DNA of 59,362 nucleotides from a virus (Duplodnaviria; Caudoviricetes): IMG/VR virus record IMGVR_UViG_3300030106_002463, positions 1 to 59,362 of that record; one strand, 5' to 3'. Shown piece by piece: positions 53,211 to 59,362 of this stretch (position 1 is its first letter; each line of letters starts with the position of its first letter). The notes under the pieces were generated by a model. It saw only the letters and a program-made list of their open reading frames with translations, ran no database searches and was not told where the DNA came from. The position numbers and the translations under genes were made by a program.

Positions 53211-54125
53211 ATGGCTATTTCTAGAGCGCAAATGATGAAGGAACTCCTGCCGGGGCTCAATGCTCTTTTCGGCTTGGAGTATGGCTCGTATGACAACGAG
53301 CATGAAGATATCTATGAGATGGAGACCTCGGACAGAGCGTTCGAGGAGGAAGTCCAGCTTTCGGGGTTTGGTACTGCTCCTGTAAAGTCTGAGGGTGCTG
53401 CTATCGCTTACGATTCAGCGCAGGAAGCTTTCACGGCTCGCTACAACCATGAGACGATTGCTCTTGGCTTCTCCATTACGGAGGAGGCGATCGAGGACAA
53501 TCTTTATGATTCGCTCTCGGCTCGTTACACCAAGGCTCTTGCTCGTGCTGCGGCGAACACGAAGCAGGTCAAGGCTGCGTTCCCGTTAAACAACGGGTTC
53601 ACTACGGCTTTTAGTAGTGGTGATGGCGTGGCTTTGTTCGATAGAAGTCACCCGCTTGTTTCGGGTGGTACGAATGCGAATGAGCCTGCCACGCCCTCCG
53701 ATCTTAATGAAACCTCGCTTGAGCAGGCTGTCATTGATATCGGTAAGTTCACGGATCAGCGTGGCCTCAAGATTGCGGCTCGTCCCGTGCGCCTCATTAT
53801 CCCCTCGGAGCTTCAGTTCGTTGCTACCCGTATCCTTGATACGGAGCTTCGACCCAGCACCTCGGATAACGACATCAACGCCCTCCGCACCAACGGTGCA
53901 ATCCCGGAGGGATACCGCATCAACCATTACCTGACGGACTCTGAGGGTGATGCTTGGTTCGTGATTACCGACGTGCCGAACGGCATGAAGGGCTTCACGC
54001 GAACCCCGATGCAGACGTCGATGGACGGTGATTTCGATACGGGTAACGTCCGATACAAGTGCCGCGAGCGGTACAGCTTCGGCGTTTCGGACCCGCTCGG
54101 GATCTACGGTTCGCCGGGTGCGTAA
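53211..54125 (+). CDS. Major capsid protein
   Basis: MAISRAQ..KEL.PGLNALFG, K.EG..I.YD, ITEEAIEDNLY, RERYSFG.SD..GIYGS.GA. Confidence 0.92.
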   Translation: MAISRAQMMKELLPGLNALFGLEYGSYDNEHEDIYEMETSDRAFEEEVQLSGFGTAPVKSEGAAIAYDSAQEAFTARYNHETIALGFSITEEAIEDNLYDSLSARYTKALARAAANTKQVKAAFPLNNGFTTAFSSGDGVALFDRSHPLVSGGTNANEPATPSDLNETSLEQAVIDIGKFTDQRGLKIAARPVRLIIPSELQFVATRILDTELRPSTSDNDINALRTNGAIPEGYRINHYLTDSEGDAWFVITDVPNGMKGFTRTPMQTSMDGDFDTGNVRYKCRERYSFGVSDPLGIYGSPGA

Positions 54126-54151
54126 TTAAGGATCTGCGGGAAGTTCCCGTA

Positions 54152-54191
54152 GGGGGAGGGGAGGTCAATCGGGCAGATTCCTCCTCTCCCC
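54152..54191 (+). terminator. GC-rich hairpin after the MCP gene
   Basis: GGGGAGGGGAGG...CCTCCTCTCCCC inverted repeat; no T tract. Confidence 0.45.
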
Positions 54192-54208
54192 ACCCTTAGG
54201 GGGTTATT

Positions 54209-54493
54209 ATGGATACAAAGTTTCTTATTACTGTAGGATCCGCATTCTTTATCCAGATAGCCGGGATACTTTGGTGGGCTTCAAATCTTGCTGGTGAAGT
54301 CAACCACAACAATTTTCAGATACAGATGCTTGCCAAAGACGTAGAAAAGAACTCAGAGTTCGTCGAGCTTTGGCCTGCCGGTAAGTGGGGATCTGGTTCT
54401 CTCCCCAGTGACGTAAAGCAAGACTTAAAGATTGAGAGACTTGAAGTAGAAGTCCAGAAGATAAATTCAAGAATCTTTAACGGGAATCATTGA
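54209..54493 (+). CDS. Membrane-anchored coiled-coil protein
   Basis: N-terminal hydrophobic segment ending in WWAS. Confidence 0.6.
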   Translation: MDTKFLITVGSAFFIQIAGILWWASNLAGEVNHNNFQIQMLAKDVEKNSEFVELWPAGKWGSGSLPSDVKQDLKIERLEVEVQKINSRIFNGNH

Positions 54494-54494
54494 A

Positions 54495-54704
54495 ATGAAG
54501 AAACGATCCGCAAAGAAGCCTGCGAAGAAATCAAAAAGCAAGGTGAATGAGGCTGGCAACTATACCAAGCCGAAAATGCGGGAGAGTCTTTTCAAGAAAA
54601 TTAAAGCTGGTAGCAAGGGTGGTAAGCCTGGACAGTGGAGTGCCCGCAAGGCTCAGATGTTGGCTAAGGAATATAAAGCCAAGGGCGGGGGCTACCGAGA
54701 CTGA
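54495..54704 (+). CDS. Small Lys-rich protein
   Basis: NYTKP.MR...GGKPGQWSARKAQMLA..YK.KGGGY. Confidence 0.8.
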   Translation: MKKRSAKKPAKKSKSKVNEAGNYTKPKMRESLFKKIKAGSKGGKPGQWSARKAQMLAKEYKAKGGGYRD

Positions 54705-54961
54705 TGGCACTCAAGAAGTCCCAGAAGTCTCTCAAGAAATGGACTAAGCAGAAGTGGGGAACCAAATCTGGTAAGCCTAGTACGCAGGGCAAGAAGGCTA
54801 CCGGAGAGAGATACCTTCCGAAGAAAGCCAGAGAAGCTTTGTCGGACGAAGAATATGCTGCGACTTCTAGAAAGAAGCGCAAAGACACTAAGAAGGGCAA
54901 GCAGTTCTCTAAGCAGCCGAAGAAGATTGCTAAGAAAACCGCTAAGCACCGCAAAGGTTAG
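54704..54961 (+). CDS. Small Lys-rich protein
   Basis: SQKSLKKWTKQKW...ERYLPKKA...GKQF. Confidence 0.8.
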   Translation: MALKKSQKSLKKWTKQKWGTKSGKPSTQGKKATGERYLPKKAREALSDEEYAATSRKKRKDTKKGKQFSKQPKKIAKKTAKHRKG

Positions 54962-54963
54962 AC

Positions 54964-55242
54964 ATGGCTATCAAGCGCGGTAGTGAAACATTTTCCGGGT
55001 ATAACAAGCCCAAGAGAACTCCTAATCACAAGACGAAGAGTCATGCTGTTCTCGCCAAGGAGGGCGACAAGATCAAGCTGATTCGTTTCGGTGAGAAGGG
55101 TGCGAAGACTGCTGGCAAGCCCAAGAAGGGTGAGTCGGACAGAATGAAGGCAAAGCGTAAGTCCTTCAAGGCCCGACATGGCAAGAACATTGCCAAGGGC
55201 AAGATGTCTGCTGCGTATTGGGCGGACAAGGTTAAATGGTAA
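54964..55242 (+). CDS. Small Lys-rich protein
   Basis: GYNKPKRTP.H..KSH.VLA...IRFG...SFKARH...SAAYWADKVKW. Confidence 0.8.
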   Translation: MAIKRGSETFSGYNKPKRTPNHKTKSHAVLAKEGDKIKLIRFGEKGAKTAGKPKKGESDRMKAKRKSFKARHGKNIAKGKMSAAYWADKVKW

Positions 55243-55313
55243 ACCAGACCTACCAGACTTAAAAAGACAGCACGCGGACTGGTAGGCAAGTTGCGTGCAA
55301 CGAGGTGATTCAA

Positions 55314-55946
55314 ATGGGTAATTCTACTTTTAGTGGGCCGGTTCGATCTGAAGGCGGATTTCAGCAGGTTACTAAGAATGCTGCTACTGGTGCTATCACG
55401 GTTACTAGTGGTGATAAGATGGCGAATGAAGCAGCTACGAATGCAGGAATTGAAGGTACTGCTGCTGTTTACATTACTCAGGTCGAAAGGCTTAGAAGTG
55501 ATGTCGATACTAATGTAAATATAGTTAAGACTACGATTATGATTGATCTCACTGGTCTGAACTCCGGCGGAACTATCGGTGACATTATTGGTAAAGATGG
55601 TTCGGGCGTTGCTTACATTGGGCGGGTAACCACCGCGAACCAGGGCGTCGTATTCGGTACGACGATGGAGTGTTTTGAAACTCCTGCTGGTGGAGACCCC
55701 GATATTAATCTTTACTCCGCGACGGAGGGTACTGGCGTAGAGGATACTGCGATTGGAGATCTTACAGAGACTTTAATCATCAATGGCGGCGATCAGTCTG
55801 CTGGCACCAGAAGTGTAAATGAAAGCGCCGCCGCGACTATCGCTGCGGATCAGTATCTCTACTTAACTTGCGGAGCTGTTACAGACGCGACTTACACCGC
55901 AGGAAGACTTCTGATTACTATCCTCGGATACGACGTAGCTTCCTAA
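55314..55946 (+). CDS. Capsid-associated structural protein
   Basis: MGNSTFSGPVRS N-terminal motif; GAGGTG Shine-Dalgarno. Confidence 0.7.
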   Translation: MGNSTFSGPVRSEGGFQQVTKNAATGAITVTSGDKMANEAATNAGIEGTAAVYITQVERLRSDVDTNVNIVKTTIMIDLTGLNSGGTIGDIIGKDGSGVAYIGRVTTANQGVVFGTTMECFETPAGGDPDINLYSATEGTGVEDTAIGDLTETLIINGGDQSAGTRSVNESAAATIAADQYLYLTCGAVTDATYTAGRLLITILGYDVAS

Positions 55947-56055
55947 TTGAACGACCCCCAGTGGTACAGGGATCTCACTCCCCAACGACAAGAGGCCGTA
56001 GATCAGACATTACATCTGGTCTGCGGCCTCGGTCTTTGAGCTTGAGGGCATTAAG

Positions 56056-56424
56056 TTGAGTGTTTATCCGGCTGGCGTAAAGCAACATTTTAGATCCACG
56101 CTTACGGAGGCCGAGGGCACGGTGACTCTTATCAACCACCCTTGCGTTGTTAAGTATATATCTGCATGTCCTACGTCTTTTGAAATTATAACTAATTTTT
56201 ACAACTCTGATTCACTCGTGCTTTACGTTTACGATGGGACGACCCGAATAATAGCAATGGCCGGATCAGGTGATGCTAACTACTCATGCTCTAACTCTTC
56301 AATCCTAATCCCTGCCGATGGTTTGAGAATTAAAAATTACTTAGCAATGAAGTGTGAACATGAATATGGCTCTGGGACGACTTCAGAAAACAAGTACGCC
56401 AATATCAGTGTTGTTTATCAGTAG
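56056..56424 (+). CDS. Small beta-sandwich structural protein, paralogue 1 of 5
   Basis: IPADGLRI...ISVVYQ. Confidence 0.65.
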   Translation: MSVYPAGVKQHFRSTLTEAEGTVTLINHPCVVKYISACPTSFEIITNFYNSDSLVLYVYDGTTRIIAMAGSGDANYSCSNSSILIPADGLRIKNYLAMKCEHEYGSGTTSENKYANISVVYQ

Positions 56425-56432
56425 GTTTTGCA

Positions 56433-56822
56433 ATGAAATCATCTGACGTTATTAGCGTGTACGTTGACCGATACTCTGCTCCGGAGGTCAAGGTTAAAGC
56501 TATCGACATCGGGGATAGTGGTTCTTGCAGGGTTTTTTCTGTCATTTGGTGCCCGTACCGACTAAACATCAAAGACCAACCTCGGATACAACTTTGGTCC
56601 GGAGACCCTGACGCAGCCGGTTCTGAAAAAATTTATGAGGATGGTGCTGTAAGAGGCGGCGAGGGTGTTGCTTTTGGTTCTACTTGGCCGCAGAAAGGAC
56701 AGGGATTTCTTTCTTTCAATCCACTCCCTTCCCATTACTTTCTTTTCGATAAAGATGTATGGGTAAAAGGTATCGCTCCAGGGATTAACAATGCGACGAT
56801 TACCTATCAGTTGGGAGGCTGA
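56433..56822 (+). CDS. Paralogue 2 of 5
   Basis: CRVFSV...LPSHYFLFDKDVWV...ATITYQ. Confidence 0.65.
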   Translation: MKSSDVISVYVDRYSAPEVKVKAIDIGDSGSCRVFSVIWCPYRLNIKDQPRIQLWSGDPDAAGSEKIYEDGAVRGGEGVAFGSTWPQKGQGFLSFNPLPSHYFLFDKDVWVKGIAPGINNATITYQLGG

Positions 56823-56825
56823 TCG

Positions 56826-57200
56826 ATGTCTTTAGGGTATTGCAATACTTTCGTTACAGATTTAAATCCTAGTGACACTAATAGAAATTTACTAGATGCT
56901 GGACTTCCTAGCAGGTTTAAGCTTTTGGGTTTTTTATTTAACCCAACTGAAAAATACGTTACGGGGGTTACACAAAACACGATCGAAACCTTCAGGTTAT
57001 ACGATGGTGATTCAGATGATGGATTGATTTTAACCTTTCCAATCACACTAGGTATTTTAAGTTTTACTTCAAATGGAGGTGATTTTATTATGCAAAATGA
57101 TAGTTACATACCTATTGAAAGTGGACTTTACTACAAAGCAAGTGACGCCGACTTGGGCTCAGCGTCCTTCCCTATCTCAATAACTTTGATGTACGTTTAG
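56826..57200 (+). CDS. Paralogue 3 of 5
   Basis: FKLLGF...LYDG...YIPIESGLYY...ITLMYV. Confidence 0.65.
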   Translation: MSLGYCNTFVTDLNPSDTNRNLLDAGLPSRFKLLGFLFNPTEKYVTGVTQNTIETFRLYDGDSDDGLILTFPITLGILSFTSNGGDFIMQNDSYIPIESGLYYKASDADLGSASFPISITLMYV

Positions 57201-57204
57201 ATAC

Positions 57205-57657
57205 ATGAACATTTACCATAAGTGCAAAGCAGATTCTATATTTCAAGAAGTTGCCTTCCAGGGCTCAAGCCCTGCTGTAACTACGGTAACCAGGGAGCTA
57301 GTACCCCAGGGATCTAATGCTTGCCTCCGCATGTTTTCTGCATGGTCAGGCTACTGCGATTGGGAGAATATTTCTTTTGATGGAGCTGATACCGATAAAA
57401 TCGCAAGTCTAAATTTTAGAAAGAAAGACGCTGGATCAACGTCTTTACTTGATCTTTTCATTCCCATTCATCCTAATCAATTTCTTTTTAATGGAACCGG
57501 CGGAGCTAGTGGCGTCGGGTCTCTTTTTAATATTCCTGGGCCTGGAATATTTTCTGATGACGGTCTTGAGGTAGTTGTTTCCATTCCTCCCAACATAGGC
57601 AATGGAGCTGACCAGGGTCCAATAATGGCTTGTGTTAATGTGGTGTACTCTGTATGA
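57205..57657 (+). CDS. Paralogue 4 of 5
   Basis: IPGPGIFSDDGLEV...VNVVYS. Confidence 0.65.
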   Translation: MNIYHKCKADSIFQEVAFQGSSPAVTTVTRELVPQGSNACLRMFSAWSGYCDWENISFDGADTDKIASLNFRKKDAGSTSLLDLFIPIHPNQFLFNGTGGASGVGSLFNIPGPGIFSDDGLEVVVSIPPNIGNGADQGPIMACVNVVYSV

Positions 57658-58049
57658 CTGAAGACTACTGCAAGGTTTGGTATAGCAAAGCACCCTACGG
57701 GCAATCTGGGAATCAGATTATCAGCGGCAGATCTAGAGTTCACGGAATCTGGGTCATGAACAAGGTCACTGTTTCTGGAACAACGATACCGCTCAGTCGT
57801 CCAATATCTTTGCTTGATGCCAGCAGCGGTAACGCTTTATACAAGTGTGCTTTCAACAACCCAGGGAATAGTTCTGAGATACAACCTCCCAATCCTCTGA
57901 TTCTTAGTGAAAATTATTTTGGTGGCAACGGCATTCTTTTTAAAAACGGAGTCTGGTTGAGTATCGACTCAAATGACCAGAGCGGATCTGCTGGAACTCA
58001 GAATGCTGCTTATATCGCTGTTCTTTACACAGGCGGGGTGAACACCTGA
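57654..58049 (+). CDS. Paralogue 5 of 5
   Basis: GRSRVHGI...FGGNGILFKNGVWL...IAVLYT. Confidence 0.65.
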   Translation: MTEDYCKVWYSKAPYGQSGNQIISGRSRVHGIWVMNKVTVSGTTIPLSRPISLLDASSGNALYKCAFNNPGNSSEIQPPNPLILSENYFGGNGILFKNGVWLSIDSNDQSGSAGTQNAAYIAVLYTGGVNT

Positions 58050-58333
58050 TGGCTCAAGTCACCCCTACCGCCTTCTGGGCCTCCCTTGGCATGATAGCTA
58101 CTGCCATCGGGGGCCTTTTTACTATGCAGACCAGCCATGCGAATGATAACGGGCATGACAGTCTCGCTGGCAGAGAAGACCTATCCCGCGCGGAGTTAAA
58201 GCTTGAGCGCGTAGCGACTGAAGTAAATCACCACACTCGACTCCTTGACGAGATGAGAGTGGAAATAAAAGAAATCTCAAGACGACAGGCAGACTCAAGC
58301 CAAGAGATCTTGGAGGCTATCCGTGGCAACTAG
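58049..58333 (+). CDS. Membrane-anchored coiled-coil protein
   Basis: N-terminal hydrophobic helix, C-terminal heptads. Confidence 0.6.
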   Translation: MAQVTPTAFWASLGMIATAIGGLFTMQTSHANDNGHDSLAGREDLSRAELKLERVATEVNHHTRLLDEMRVEIKEISRRQADSSQEILEAIRGN

Positions 58334-59024
58334 CGGTGCAGTATCGTTCTCACCCGATGTCGGTGAATTAGTAGAAGAGGCTTACGAGCGTGCTGGTCTC
58401 CAGATGGTCTCTGGATACGACCTCCGCACAGCCAGGAGAAGCCTTGACCTCATGCTCATGGAGTGGGCCAACAGGGGCATAAACCTCTGGTGTGTAGAAG
58501 AGCATACTCAAGCTTTAGCAGACAACGATGGTCAGTATGATGCTGTCAACACATCCTCTAAGGTTGCTGTTTCGATACTCGACGCGATCTTGAGAACTGA
58601 TGCTGGAGTTGCGGACAAGCAGTCTGATTACGAGCTGAGCAGAATTTCCCGAAACACGTTCATGAATATTCCATCAAAGCTTACGAAGGGAAGACCGACT
58701 CAGATCTATGTAGACAGGCAACAGGGGAGCATCAAGCTCAATGTTTGGCCCCGACCAGACAGCAACAACTACCAGCTTATCTACACCTATATCCGTCGGA
58801 TGGAAGACTCTGGTCCCGGTGGCACCTATGACCCGGATGTGCCGGATAGATTCTGGCCCGCTTTAGTAGCCGGTCTTGCCTACAACATTGCTCTCAAGAA
58901 GCCTGAGGCTGGACAGCGAATTCAGATGCTTAAGCAGGTATATGACGAGCAGTTTCAGTACGCAGCAGATGAGGACAGGGAGAAGGCTCCCTTCAGGCTC
59001 TACCCCGGAGGCTACAGCTACTAA
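58323..59024 (+). CDS. Head-tail connector/tail tubular-type protein (full-length allele)
   Basis: MATSG...EEAYERAG...GYDLRTARRSL...WANRGINLW...GRP. Confidence 0.75.
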   Translation: MATSGAVSFSPDVGELVEEAYERAGLQMVSGYDLRTARRSLDLMLMEWANRGINLWCVEEHTQALADNDGQYDAVNTSSKVAVSILDAILRTDAGVADKQSDYELSRISRNTFMNIPSKLTKGRPTQIYVDRQQGSIKLNVWPRPDSNNYQLIYTYIRRMEDSGPGGTYDPDVPDRFWPALVAGLAYNIALKKPEAGQRIQMLKQVYDEQFQYAADEDREKAPFRLYPGGYSY

Positions 59025-59362
59025 TGGCTTCGTATGCTGAAGGCAGAAAAGCTTTTGGCTTCTGTGACAGATGCGGCTTCAGGTACGACCTGAAAGATCT
59101 GAAGACCGAAACTGTCAATCTCGCTACCACGAATCTGCTGGTCTGCTCTGAGTGCTGGGATCCGGATCATCCACAGAACATGCTGGGTCGAGTAAGAGTT
59201 GATGACCCTCAGGCTCTCCGCAACCCCAGACCTCTTGGTGGTATTAGCGGCAGGGATCTTCCGTCTGCTTACAGGTGGGACTTTTCTACAGGCACAGCTC
59301 AGACTGATCCGACTCGGATTGATGGGTGGTGGGCAAGCAACGGGACTGTTACTTGGAACTCT
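58407..59362 (+). repeat. Terminal direct repeat, right copy
   Basis: Colinear with 1-956. Confidence 0.97.
59024..59362 (+). CDS. 5' part of a second copy of the 618-1490 gene, truncated by the window end
   Basis: Same ATGGCTTCGTATGCT start; few substitutions (RYNL/RYDL, LPAA/LPSA). Confidence 0.85.
   Translation, partial: MASYAEGRKAFGFCDRCGFRYDLKDLKTETVNLATTNLLVCSECWDPDHPQNMLGRVRVDDPQALRNPRPLGGISGRDLPSAYRWDFSTGTAQTDPTRIDGWWASNGTVTWNS

Noticed and set aside
58407-59362. Diverged repeat pair as a diversity-generating retroelement TR/VR
   Set aside because: Differences include many synonymous C/T changes rather than adenine-specific ones, and no reverse transcriptase gene is visible
1-59362. 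Alternative genetic code or stop-codon reassignment
   Set aside because: Genes are long and tightly packed under the standard code, all three stops are used, and no suppressor anticodon was found

Overview
The window is an essentially complete, circularly permuted genome of a podovirus-like dsDNA tailed phage with a unit length of about 58,406 bp. Bases 1-956 recur at 58407-59362, but as a diverged allele. The host is Gram-negative (two-component spanins) and probably GC-rich. Plus-strand late genes encode terminase, portal, a GroES-like protein, scaffold, capsid, tail, ejected internal proteins, a 3256-aa polyvalent protein and a lysis cassette. A middle block carries a Sak/Rad52-like recombinase, SSB, exonuclease, RusA and a primase-helicase. 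A minus-strand early region runs from about 33 to 44.6 kb. I recognised no integrase, DNA polymerase, RNA polymerase or reverse transcriptase. Most striking observations: (1) twelve near-identical promoter-hairpin-leader cassettes at 39.7-44.6 kb, each heading its own gene or small operon, with covarying stems; the two outermost drive paralogous non-coding RNAs rather than ORFs. (2) Exactly three tRNAs, reading AUA, UUA and AGA; these codons are absent from the early ATPase gene I read in full but frequent in a late gene, suggesting a tRNA-gated early/late translational switch. (3) A giant injected polyprotein whose peptidase, ART-like, kinase-like and NUDIX modules are separated by recurring [RK]-x-S motifs. 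(4) A five-fold paralogous gene array and a trio of micro-membrane peptides. All family assignments come from motif recognition by eye, not database searches.
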